64,000 nt of DNA from Octopus sinensis (Eukaryota). The notes below the pieces were generated by a model, which was not told the DNA's origin, searched no databases, and was given only the letters and a program-made list of their open reading frames with translations. Position numbers and translations under genes: made by a program. This document shows, in pieces, positions 11,918 to 23,935 of this stretch (the first letter of the stretch is position 1; each line of letters begins with the position of its first letter). Where the stretch lies: contig NC_042999.1 of assembly GCF_006345805.1 (NCBI RefSeq), positions 16,244,001-16,308,000 of the forward strand. The letters run 5' to 3'.

Positions 11918-12376
11918 TTAACCCTTTTGTTACTGTATTTACTTTGAGACGCTCCGTGTTTCTTTCAATTACTTTAAATATAAGAAAGAATTTAGTAAAA
12001 TAACTTAGTTATCCTTCAGCTAGTGTTAGGAACATAAATGGTGACTAAGGTTTGGTGGAAGATTTTAATTCAGAACTTTTGAAAACAAGAGCAAAAGGCA
12101 GTTTCAGCCCAGGTTGGTATCAAAATAAAAAAAATATCATGGTGACTTTAACCCTTTGGTAACCATATTTCTGTTGAGATGCTCTATGTTTCTTTCAATT
12201 ATCTTTTAATATAACAAAGAATTTAGTAAAATAACTTAGTTATCATTCAGCTAGTGTTAGGAACATAAATTGTGACTAAGGTTTGGTGGAAGATTTTAAT
12301 TCAAAACTCATGAAAACAAGACGTTTGTACTCAGAGCCAGAGCCAGTTTCAGCTGGGCTGGTAATGAAAGGGTTAA
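11918..12376. mobile_element. Two tandem ~225-bp piggyBac-type MITEs
   Basis: TTAA-CCCTTT(T)G...AAAGGG-TTAA termini; units 11918-12124 (right end damaged) and 12148-12376. Confidence 0.8.
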
Positions 12377-12589
12377 ATCCTTAAAATCCTTAAAAATGTT
12401 TTAGCCCGAAGGCCGCGGCCATGCTGGGGCACCACCGCTGTTATGTTCCAAACACCAAATTAATAACGAAAAAGCTATTTTTTCACTAAATTCTTCCTTA
12501 TTTTAAGAATTGATTTAAACAAAAATAATGTATTTTCAATAGAAATCTTGTAACAAAAGGCTTGAATAAATGAAGTCCACTTCCCAGAA

Positions 12590-12790
12590 AGAAACACAGC
12601 TAGCTGTTAGAACACTACATCCTTCAAAACTTCCATGCTGAAATTCATCAATGGTACAATTGATGTCCCCCCACTTTTTTTTAAATTACTCATTCACTGT
12701 TCACTTCCAGTGTGTTATTCTATGCACATTATTCATGCACATTTTGGCTTGTTTTCCTGATGAGTTGTAGAGCACCTGAGCACTGAATAG
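12590..12790 (+). mobile_element. CR1-type LINE 3' fragment
   Basis: CATCCTTCAAAACTTCCATGCT...GAGCACCTGAGCACTG matches the 24903-25251 element. Confidence 0.65.
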
Positions 12791-12821
12791 AATAAGATAA
12801 TTATTTTTCAATTGAAAAACT

Positions 12822-13560
12822 AAGGTGTTGAGCTGGCAGAATCGTTAGCATGCCGGGTGAAATGATTAGCAGTATTTTGTCTGCCGTTACGTTCTGAGTT
12901 CAAATTCCGAATTTGCCTTTCATCCTTTCGGGGTCGATTAAATAAGTACCAGTTATGCACTGGGGTCGATGTAATCGACTTAATCCGTTTGTCTGTCCTT
13001 GTTTGTCCCCTCTGTGTGTAGCCCATTGTGGGTAGTAAAGAAATAGGTATTTCGTCTGCCGTTACGTTCTGAGTTTAAATTCCGCCGAGGTCGACTTTGC
13101 CTTTCATCCTTTCGAGGTTGATAAATTAAGTACTAGTTACGCATTGGGGTCGATGTAATTGACTTTATCCCTTTGTCTGTCCTTGTTTGTCCCCTCTATG
13201 TTTAGCCTCCTGTCGGGAATAAAGAAATTAGAAACGTTAGCACGCCGAACGAAATGCTTAGTGGCATTTCATCTGTCTTTTACATTCTGAGTTCAACTTC
13301 TGCCAAGATCAGTTTTGCCTTTTATCCTTTGGGGTGGGAGGCAATAAATTAAATACCAGTTATGTACAGGGGTCGACCTAATAGACTGGCCTCCTGCCCC
13401 AAAATTTTGGACCTTGTGCCTAGAGTAGAAAAGGATACACCTTTATATTAAGGTGGTGAGTTGGCAGAAATGTTAGCATACCGGACGAAATGCTTAGTGG
13501 TATTTCATCTGTCTTTATGTTCTGAGTTCAAATTCTGCTGAGGTCGACTTTGCCTTGTTT
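12822..13560 (+). mobile_element. Head-to-tail array of SINE family B (about 3.5 units)
   Basis: Units joined at about 13046 and 13230; a further head starts at about 13451. Confidence 0.85.
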
Positions 13561-13566
13561 TTTGTT

Positions 13567-13612
13567 AACACAGCATTTTGGCTGATACACTCTCCAGCCT
13601 TCATCAGGTGTC
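13567..13612 (-). ncRNA. Degenerate hammerhead, paralog of 15441-15486
   Basis: GACAC CTGATGA A GGCTG..CAGCC AAAA TGCTG TGTT; GAAA mutated to AAAA. Confidence 0.45.
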
Positions 13613-14999
13613 TTGGGGTAATATGCCATTCCTATGGCATATGGCATAGTGGTTAAGAGCGTGGGCTACTAACCCCAAGAGGGGCGATAAATTAGATACC
13701 AGTTGCATACTGAGGTCGATATGATCGACTCCTTCTCCCTGAAACGAAAGCAATGCATTTCAACAGAAATAAGGTAACAAATGGGTTCAATACAGGAATT
13801 GGATATAATATTATTGTAAAGGATTTTTATCAGGAAATATATGTTCGTAAGATGCATATTGTTTAGAGATAGGATGAACAACTATTCTCCAAATACATTG
13901 ATTAATGCAAGAAAAATAAATACAATATAAGGTGTTTTATTTCTATCAGGGTTTAAAATCGTGTATTTTTTTTCACAACTCAGATAATTGTTAACAGTTA
14001 TAATAACCTTATGTTTCTTTCTTCAATATATCATGTTTGATGCTTTCTCCTAAATTTTCTTTAGACATTTTAGAAATTGCTTCATAGAGTAACCAGCCTT
14101 GTTGCCTTCATGGTTGACGAGTTTATTCTTTGTAGCTTCTCGGAAGCTGTATATCTTCAATAATGATTAGATGCATTACATCTGATGTTATAAGAATGAT
14201 TGATGAATCAGTCCATTTTGTATGAAATTTCTAAGAAATGAAGGAATCTTTCACAAAAGATGTCTTTGATAAGGAACTATTGCAATGTATAGAATTTTTT
14301 TCTTTCACAAAGTATTTCCCTAGAAAAGGGTACATTTTTCTATACAAATATATAATGTTAATAAATAATGCGATTGGTCAAGTGACTTCCACCACAACAG
14401 TGACTGTCTTGAAGAAACAGAAGCAATTTTAACTCTAATCATGGTTTCTGGGTAAATACAACTATTTGTTGTATTTTTAAATCTATTTTGTATTTGTTTG
14501 TTTTATTGTTATTTAGTGGGGCGTGGCTGTGTGGTAAGAAGTTTGCTTCCCAACTACATGGTTCTAGGTTCAGTCCCTCTATGTTACACCCTGGGCAAAA
14601 AGTAATTAACTATAGCCTTGGGCTGACCAAAGCCTTGTGAGTGGATTTGGTAGATAGAAACTGAAATAAGCCAGTCATATATATATATATATATATATAT
14701 ATCATCATCATCATCATTATTTAACGTCCGTTTTCCATGCTAGCATGGGTTGGACGGTTCGACTGGAGTCTGGGAAGCCAGGAAGCTGCACCAGGCTCCA
14801 GTCTGATCTGACAGTGTTTCTACAGCTGGATGCCCTTCCTAATGCCAACCGCTCTGTGAGTGTAGTGGGCGTTTTTTACATGCTGCCGGCACAGGGGCCA
14901 GAGGAGGCTGGCAACATCCATGATCAGTCTGTGTTTTTTATATGCCTTCATGAGAACCCAATATAGACATTTCTCTGAAGACTGAAAAAAAAATGATGA

Positions 15000-15048
15000 A
15001 CATCCTTAATCGGTTTTTAAACCTTTTTGGTTTCTCATCAGAGGCATC
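15000..15048 (-). ncRNA. Degenerate hammerhead
   Basis: CCT CTGATGA GAAACC AAAAA GGTTT AAAAA CCGAT TA AGG; stem II intact, GAAA lost. Confidence 0.35.
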
Positions 15049-15380
15049 TACATTATTCTAACAATCTCCAGAGAAACAAGCAGTCAAATTGTTTATATAC
15101 TTATGAGTGCCTTTGTGTCTGTGTTTGCCCCTCCCCAGAACCACTTGACAACCGGTGTTGGTGCGTTTGCATCCCAATAACTTACAGATTTGGCAAAAGA
15201 GAGTGATAGACAAAGTACCAGACTTAAACAAATAAAGACTAAGGTTCATCGGCTTGACTAAAATTCTTCCAGTCAGTGCCTTAGCATGGTTGCAATATAA
15301 TGATTGAAACAAGTAAAAGGATAAAAATAAAAGATAGAGGTCGCAACAAGCTGGCAAAATTGTTTAGAACACCAGAAGAA

Positions 15381-15614
15381 ATTTACATTATTTACATTAT
15401 TTACATTTGACGGATATTTGTCCTCATCTTGTTTTTTGCTAACACAACGTTTCAGCTGATATACCCTCCAGCCTTCATCAGGTGTCTTGGGGTAATTTCG
15501 AACCTGGGTTCTCATTCCTATGGTATATGGCATAGTGGTTAAGAGTGCGGGCTACTAACCCCAAGATTCCGAGTTCAGTTCCAAGCAGTGACCTGAACAA
15601 TAATGACAATGGTG

Positions 15615-15666
<52 letters not shown>

Positions 15667-15870
15667 TAATAATAAAATAATAATAATAATAATATAATAA
15701 TAATGATAATAATAATATAATAATAATAATATAATAATAATAATAATGATAATAATAATAATAATAATGATAATAGTAATAATAATAATAATAATAGTAA
15801 CATCGAAAAATACCTTAGGAATTAGGATGTCTCGGTACATGTCTGGAAAATTTGCTGTCAGAAATTTCAC
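15381..15870 (-). mobile_element. Composite element: inverted repeats around (ATT)n and an antisense tRNA-like cassette, then a hammerhead and an (AATGTAAAT)n tail
   Basis: ATTCCTATGGTAT (about 15515) and ATACCTTAGGAAT (about 15810) are inverted repeats. tRNA-like GGCATAGTGGTTAAGAG...GAGTTCAGTTCC on + strand. A truncated copy lies at 13560-13680. Confidence 0.6.
15441..15486 (-). ncRNA. Minimal type-I hammerhead ribozyme
   Basis: GACAC-CUGAUGA-AGGCUG GAGGGUAUAU CAGCU-GAAA-CG-UU/GUGUU; palindromic stem III AACGUU; stem I GACAC/GUGUU. Confidence 0.7.
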
Positions 15871-15879
15871 TGTATGGCA

Positions 15880-16612
15880 CAAGGCCCAAAATTTTTTTGG
15901 GGTAGGGGCTGGTCGATTAGGTCGACTCCAGTATGCAACTGGTACTTAATTTATCGACTCTAAAAGAATGAAGAGCAAAATCAACCTTGGCAGATTTTGA
16001 ACTCAGAACGTAAGGACGAACGAAATGCCGCTAAGCATTTTGTCCAGCATGCTAACGTTTCTTAGTTCTTTATTGCCTACAAGAGGCTAAACATAGAGGG
16101 GACAAACAAGGACAGACAAAGGGATTAAGTCGATTATATCGACCCCAGTGCATAACTGCTACTTAATTTATCGACCTCGAAAGGATGAAAGGCAAAGTGG
16201 AGTTTGAACTCAGAATGTAAAGACAGACGAAATACCTATTTCTTTACTACCCACAAGGGGCTAAACACAGAGAGGACAAACAAGGACAGACAAATGGATT
16301 AAGTCGATTATATCGACCCCAGTGCTTAACTGGTACTTATTTAATCGACTCTGAAAGGATGAAAGGCAAAGTCGACCTTGGCGGAATTTGAACTCAGAAC
16401 GTAGCAGCAGATGAAATATCGCTAAGTATTTTTGCCCGGCAGGCTAACATTTCTTATTCTTTATTGCCCACAAGGGGCTAAACATAGAGGGGACAAACAA
16501 GGTAAAGTCGACCTCAGTGGAGTTTGAACTCAGAACGTAAAGACAGACGAAATACCGCTAAGCATTTTACCCGTCATGCTAACGTTTCTGCCAGCTCGCT
16601 GCCTTAATAATA
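15880..16612 (-). mobile_element. Head-to-tail array of SINE family B (about 4 units)
   Basis: Junctions at about 16062, 16235 and 16453. Confidence 0.85.
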
Positions 16613-16631
16613 AGACATAATATATCAAGTT

Positions 16632-16800
16632 CTGTTGTGTCTGGGGAGAGTCATTTTCTTTTTGTGCCTTATAATTTAACACACTCAGCGGTAAAATTTC
16701 CACTTATTTCTTATTTTTATTTTCCTAAATGGAAATTTTACCAGTGAGTGTGTTAAATTATAAGGCACAAAAGGAAAATGACTCTCCTCAGACACAACAG
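16632..16800. repeat. ~170-bp fold-back palindrome
   Basis: 71-bp arms 16632-16702 and 16730-16800 with a few mismatches; 27-nt loop. Confidence 0.9.
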
Positions 16801-17162
16801 GATATGCTTCAACACACGAACTCACATAAAGAATCTTGCAAACCAAATCCAAAAATAAAATATAATATATCAACAGTTTTAAAATTGAAAAACAGCAATG
16901 TTAAAGGTTTTATAAAAGCATTAAATGGGAAATTCTTTATTCAACATCAGACATCAAAAACATAGGATGAGGTTATTCAAAATGAAATTTTTTATGGCAA
17001 ATTTTCCTATGGCGAAATTTCCTGTATCTGTCTTGGTACTTGAATTGTCATTGATTCTTTGAAATGAGAGAATATTGAAGCTTAGCACTTTAATCTTATT
17101 GAATATATTTCATTTAATTATTTATAAATATTTTCTTTTTATTCTTCAATGCTGGTTAATAA

Positions 17163-17592
17163 CTCTCTCTCTTTTACCCTTTTACTTGTTTCAGTCATTT
17201 GACTGTGGCCATGCTGGAGCACCGCCTTTAGTTGAGCAAATCGACCCCGGGACTTATTCTTTGTAAGCCCAGTACTTATTCTATAGGTCTCTTTTGCCGA
17301 ACTGCTAAGTGATGGGGACGTAAACACACCAGCATCGGTTGTCAAGAAGGGACAAATGCTAGAGGGACAAACACAGACACACAAAGATATACATACACAT
17401 ACATATATATATATACATATATACGACAGGCTTCTTTCAGTTTCCGTCTACCAAATCCACTCACAAGGCTTTGGTCGGCCCGAGGCTATAGCAGAAGACA
17501 CTTGCCCAAGATGCCACGCAGTGGGACTGAACCCGGAACCATGTGGTTGGTTAGCAAGCTACTTACCACACAGCCACTCCTGCGCCTATGAA
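17163..17592 (-). mobile_element. SINE family A, full length, with a 44-bp flanking direct repeat
   Basis: TATTTAT(A/G)AATATTTTCTTTTTATTCTTCAATGCTGGTTAATAA at 17119-17162 and 17593-17636. Confidence 0.9.
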
Positions 17593-17769
17593 TATTTATG
17601 AATATTTTCTTTTTATTCTTCAATGCTGGTTAATAAATGGGGAGTTACTTTTCAACCATGAGCAAAACAATCTTAATGGCAGTCGCACATAAAGAGACAG
17701 AACTGAATTCTGCTGTCTTGGGATTTGGGTGTGTAAGTCTAAAGATGCTGAAAACACCAACATTGATTT

Positions 17770-17810
17770 TCACTCCACCATCATCACCATTGCCATTGAC
17801 ACCATCAACG

Positions 17811-17848
<38 letters not shown>

Positions 17849-17881
17849 TTCCTCCACCTCCTCCTCCTCCTCATCATCATC

Positions 17882-17919
<38 letters not shown>

Positions 17920-18100
17920 TATCGACATCATCATCATTGGCATCATCATCATCATCGACATCATCATTATGATCATCTCCATCAACGTCGTCATCGTCAT
18001 CATCATCACCATCATTGTTAATGTCATTGTCAGCATTGTCATCATTGTTGTTGTTGTCAACATTGTCATCTTCGTCATCGTCGTTGTCATCGCCATCATC
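17770..18100. repeat. Imperfect (CAT)n/(CCT)n microsatellite
   Basis: Direct reading. Confidence 0.9.
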
Positions 18101-18617
18101 ATGGTGTGGTCAATGCCAGTGCCGGCTGACTGGACTTGTGCTGGTGGCACGTAAAAAGTACCATTCGAGTGTGGTTGCTGCCAGGGCTGCCTGGCTGGCA
18201 CCTGTGCTGATGGCATGTAAAAAGCACCATTCAAGTATGGCCAATGCCAGTATCACCTGACTGGCCCTCGTGCTGGTAGCATGTTAAAAGAACCCACTAC
18301 ACTCTTGGAGTGGTTGGTGTTAGGGAGGTCAGATGGATTGGAACCTGGTGCAGCCTTCTGGCTCGACAGCCCTCAAAGATCTAAAAAATACAAAAGGACC
18401 CAAAAAGGAATAAAAGAAAAAAGAGAAAAAAACACATTTTTAACCCCCCCCATATTCTCTCTCTTTCACCTTCTCCATCCCTCTATTTCCCTATCACTCT
18501 CCCTCTCTCTCTCTTTCACCTTCTCCCTCCCTCTATTCCCCATTATACACACACACACTCTCTTTCTCTCAACTTCATTCACCAATAATATAAAAACAGG
18601 CAAAACTCTACAAACTG

Positions 18618-18664
18618 ACATTTCTGATGAGACTACAGTAGTAGTTGAAGGCGCTTAAATATGT
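18618..18664 (+). ncRNA. Degenerate minimal hammerhead
   Basis: ACATTT CTGATGA G ACTAC AGTA GTAGT T GAAG GCGC TTA AATATGT; stems I and II retained, GAAA changed to GAAG. Confidence 0.5.
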
Positions 18665-18734
18665 AATTAAATTTGTGATTTGAAGAAATAATATGTGATA
18701 TGTAAATAAATATATATATATTTTTTATATACAA

Positions 18735-19152
18735 TAGGCGCAGGAGTGACTGTGTGGTAAGTAGCTTGCTAACCAACCACATGGTTCCGGGTTCAGTCCC
18801 ACTGCGTGGCATCTTGGGCAAGTGTCTTCTGCTATAGCCTCGTGCCGACCAAAGCCTTGTGAGTGGATTTGGTAGACGGAAACTGAAAGAAGCCTGTCAT
18901 ATATATGTAATATATATATATATATGTATGTGTGTGCATATGTGTGTCTGTGTTTGTCCCTCTAGCATTGCTTGACAACTGGTGCTGGTGTGTTTACGTC
19001 CCCGTCACTTAGCAGTTCGGCAAAAGACACCGATAGAATAAGTACTGGGCTTACAAAGAATAAGTTCCCGGGGTCGATTTACTCAACCAAAGGCGGTGCT
19101 CCAGCATGGCCACAGTCAAATGACTGAAACAAGTAAAAGAGTAAAAGAGTAA
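18735..19152 (+). mobile_element. SINE family A, full length
   Basis: All modules present. Confidence 0.88.
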
Positions 19153-19294
19153 ACCATCCAGTATTCTGAACCCCTTTTTCTTTCATATGTATTAAATGTG
19201 TACATCACCCCATTACTTTTAATATATATGCCCCAGCATGGCCACAGCTCAAGAGCTGAAACTGGAAAATATAAACATAATATATATGTATATA

Positions 19295-19552
19295 AACTTA
19301 GATAAACTTAAATATGCTTTGACCAAAGATTGGTCCAGGCCATGTCTAACTTAATAGCACCACCTGATAGAATTATCTAAATCCTTTTAAAGTCAAGTTT
19401 TGGTGTATAATGGTCCATTCAAGTAGTGAGTTTTTGTTGGGTGAGTTGTATCCAATTATGGGTGGCTTATCTGGTATTCCTTGAAGGAATCTATCCAGAC
19501 TCCATTTAAAGTTAATAGGATCCTTTTCCTCTTTGATCTCTTTCGAGGGCCT
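19295..19552 (-). mobile_element. CR1/L2-group LINE ORF2 C-terminus and 3' UTR
   Basis: 19373-19550 translates PRKEIKEEKDPINFKWSLDRFLQGIPDKPPIIGYNSPNKNSLLEWTI...*, the FKxxLDxFLxxIPDxP...NSLLxW pattern. Confidence 0.7.
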
Positions 19553-21109
19553 GTTGAGGAAAAGAAATTATGTTGCAGTGTACATTATATATATATATAT
19601 ATAGTTGAAAAATATCGTTATAGGTATAAAAATACAATAAACTATTATAGAAAAATGGAGGAGAAAACGATGTTGAATCAAAACTAGGTTTAATACAAAA
19701 TAGGATTCAATACATACACACGTTTCAAAGGACAATACAAATATATATATGTATGTATGACAACATTGGCTTTTTCAGCTTCCACTTACCAAATCCTGTC
19801 AAAAGGTTTTGCTCAGCTCAATGATATAGTGGAAAACAGTTTGTCTGTGGTGCCAAATGAACCTGAAACCACAAGGATGGCATAACAGCTTCTTAACCAC
19901 AAAAAAACCCAAAAAAACACCTGCATCTTACTATGTTGATTATCATAATAATAATATAGATAATGGACATTCATATGACTTTGCCATATTGATAGTCAAG
20001 TGAATAATATTTCTTCCAGATTGTCTGTCATCGTACAAATTGTTGTCAAATTTGATTTATCATAAATGCATCTTAACAATCACTTCCTCTCTCACTCTTC
20101 CTGTCTTTCCTTCTCTCTGTCTCTCTCTCTCTTTGTCCTAAAAATTACCTTTTTGTTATTTTTTTACAATATGTGTGTATATATGTTTGTATGAATGTAT
20201 GCATATATGTATATATGTGAGTGTGTATGTATGTATGTATGTATGTAAACGATGATTGGAGAATGAGGAATCAGCCATCATTTATCTATCTATCTATATA
20301 CATACATACATACATATATATGCATATATGTGCATTATATACATGTATACATCTATGTGTATATACATGTATATATTTATGTATGTATACATATATATAT
20401 GTGTATATACGTATATATATATATATATATATAAATGATGATGATGATGATGATGATATATATATATGTATGTAGTCAATCTAAACATGAAGAAACAAGA
20501 AAAAACAACATATATATGCATGTATGTATATAAATATATGTATGTGTGTATATACATACATGCATATATATATATGTGTGTGTGTGTGTGTATATATACA
20601 TATATATGTATGTATATATATATAAATACATATATGTATACATACATACATACACACACGCACAGAGACACATATGTAAATATGTATATGTATGTATATA
20701 TATATGTATATAGATCTGTTAATTTATTACTGTCAATGAACCAGTAACTTTAATCTACATTTTCTATTTACATCTCATATATATTTTCCAACACTTTTTG
20801 TGTTTTCTTAACATTTTACATTCACATCAGTGTTGTTGTCTCCTCATAGTCTTTTTATTTGTTTTGTCATATATTTTCGTAGGGGTACAGACTGGGTGGG
20901 AGACGTGACGTTATGTATGAGAACCATTTTGCAGCAAGGAATATGTACTCTTAAGATTGGTCTGCTGGCGATGAACTGTGACCCAGTATGGTTAAGAAAA
21001 GTTCGGAAACGTTCTCTGAATTTACAGAACCAGATTGATTAGTGACTTTAAAAGTAACACATCTGAGGTGAAGGAATGAGATATAGTAGTATATATATAT
21101 GTATATATA

Positions 21110-21182
21110 TTCTTTTACTCTTTTACCCTTTTACTTGTTTCAGTCATTTGACTGTGGCCATGCTGGCCACACACACACACAC

Positions 21183-21223
<41 letters not shown>

Positions 21224-21640
21224 GCCAGCAATGCCTTTAGTCGAGCAAATCGACCCCAGGATTAATTCTTAGTAAGCCTAGTACTTATTCTATCGGTCTC
21301 TTTTGCTGAACCATTAAGTTATGGGGACGTAAACACACCAGCATCGGCTGTCAAGTGATGTTGGGGTGACAAACACAGACACACAAACATATACTTACAT
21401 GTATATATATATTTATATATATATATATATATACATACACACACACACACATATATATATATATGTATACTCATATATACACGATGGGCTTCCTTCAGTT
21501 TCTGTCTACCAAATCCACTCACAAGGCTTTGGTTGGCATGAGGCTATAGTAGAAGACACTCCCCCAAGGTGCCACGCAGTGGGGCTGAATCATGTGGTTG
21601 ATAAGCACGCTGCTTACCACACAGCCAAACCTATGCCTAT
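21110..21640 (-). mobile_element. SINE family A, full length, with an extra microsatellite insertion
   Basis: All modules present in reverse complement. Confidence 0.82.
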
Positions 21641-22068
21641 ATACATATATATACACATATGTGTGTGTATGTATACATGTATATATATAAGTGTATGTAT
21701 GGATGTGTATATATGTGTATGTATGTATGTATGTATATATATTTGTGTATGTATGTATGCATATATGTGTATGTATATATGTATTTATATATTTGTATGT
21801 ATATAAGTATATATATATAAGTGTATGTATATATATATGTGCATGTATATAAATGTATAAATATGTGTATGTATGTTTGTTTGTATATATGTGTGTGTGT
21901 ATGTGTATACGTGTGTGTGTATTTATATATGTATATATGAATGTATATATATGTGTGTGTGTATATGTGTTGGTGTATGTGTTGGTGTATATATATGAAA
22001 CAAATTGTATATCAACGCATCTGATATAAAGAGATGATACATAATGGTATATACATACATACATATAT

Positions 22069-22104
<36 letters not shown>

Positions 22105-22414
22105 AATACACATATATAACCAATAATTATAGTTGCTGTGAGATCATGGCTGCTTCACAAATTTATATATCAGATATTTGAATATAATGAATATAAATGG
22201 GTGTAGACATGAAATGTAGGCTATATTTAACTTTCTCGAGCTATTAGATGGTAACCAGGCTGAGGCATGGCCTTGCTCTCCTTCCTCTCTTTTTTAAACC
22301 TGGGTCTTATTCTAGCAATCTCTTTTGTTAAATTGCCAAATTATGGGGATGTAAACAAACTAACACCAGTTGTCAAGTGGTGGTGGTGGAGACAAACACA
22401 GACAGATAGACAGA

Positions 22415-22445
<31 letters not shown>

Positions 22446-22494
22446 ACACACACACACACACACACACATACACACAGAGCAGGCTTCTTTCAGT

Positions 22495-22910
22495 TTCTTA
22501 TTTCTTTATTGCCCACAAGGGGCTAAACATAGAAGGGACAAACAAGGACAGACAAACGGATTAAGTCGATTACATCGACCCCAGTGCGTAACCAGTACTT
22601 AATTTATCGACCTCGACAGGATGAAAGGCAAAGTCGGCCTCGGTGGAATTTGAACTCAGAACGTAATGGCAGATGAAATACCTATTTCTTTACTACCCAC
22701 AAGGGGCTAAACACAGAGTGGACAAACAAGGACAGACAGATGGATTAAGTCGATTATATTGACCCCAGTGCGTAACTGGTACTTAATTTATCGACCCCGA
22801 GAGGATGAAAGGCAAAGTCGACCTCGGTGGAATTTGAACTCAGAACTTAACAGCAGACAAAATACTGCTAAGCATTTCACCCGGCGTGCTAACGATTCTG
22901 CCAGCTCTTT
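22495..22910 (-). mobile_element. SINE family B dimer nested in a family A copy
   Basis: Junction GAAATACCTATTTCTTTAC at about 22681. Confidence 0.85.
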
Positions 22911-23544
22911 CAGGTTCTCTCTACTAAATTCACTCACAAGGCTTTGGTTGGCCTGAGGCTGAAGTAAAAGACACTTGCCGAAGGTGCCACCCAGTGGGAC
23001 TGAACCTGGAATCATGTGGTTGAGAAGCAAACTTCTTACAACACAGCTAATCTTGCACTATATGTATTTTTCTTTTATCTTTTACATGTTCCTGTTATTG
23101 GGTTGTGGCCATGCTGGGGCAGTACTGTGAAGGGCTTAGTTGAACAAATTGACTCCATTACTTATATTGATAAAGGCTCGTGCTTATTCCATCAGTCACT
23201 TTTGCCAAACTGCTAAATCACGTGGACATAAACAAACCAACACCTGCTGTTAAATGGTGAGGGATGACAAGCATAATGACACACACTCACAACAGTCTTC
23301 CACACAGTTTCCATCAACCAAATTTACTCACAACCTGTGGCTGAAGTAGAAGATACTTGCTTTTTCTTTGTAAGCCTAGTACTTATTCTATCTGTCTCTT
23401 TTGGCGAACTGCTAAGTTATAGGGACATAAATTCACCAGCATCGGTTGTCAAGCGATGTTGGAGGTACAATCACAGACACACAAAGCTATACACACACAT
23501 ACATATATATATACATATAAACAAAGGGTTCTTTTGTTCTTTTA

Positions 23545-23935
23545 TTCTATTACTTGTTTCAGTCATTTGACTGCGATCATGCTGGAGCACCGCCTTTAGT
23601 TGAACAAATTGACCCCAGGACTTATTCTTTGTAAGCCTAGTACTTATTCTATCAGTCTCTTTTGCCGAACTGCTAAGTTACAGGGACGTAAACACACCAG
23701 CATCAGTTGTCAAGCAATGATGGGGGACAAACATATACACACAAACACGCACACACACACACACATACATATATACGACGGGCTTCTTTCTGTTTCCATC
23801 TACCAAATCCACTCACAAGGCATTGGTCGGCCCGAGGCTATAGTAGAAGAGACTTGCCCAAGGTGCCACACAGTGGGACTGAACCCAGAACCATGTAGTT
23901 GGTAAGCTAGCTACTTACCACACAGCTACTCCTGT
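23545..23935 (-). mobile_element. SINE family A, full length
   Basis: All modules present in reverse complement. Confidence 0.85.

Noticed and set aside
13760-14200. Possible decayed coding sequence on the minus strand
   Set aside because: Multiple stops in all frames and no family motif I can name.
15525-15600. tRNA gene (also the SINE heads near 60450 and 59000)
   Set aside because: A/B-box-like motifs only; no complete cloverleaf, and they run straight into repeat bodies.
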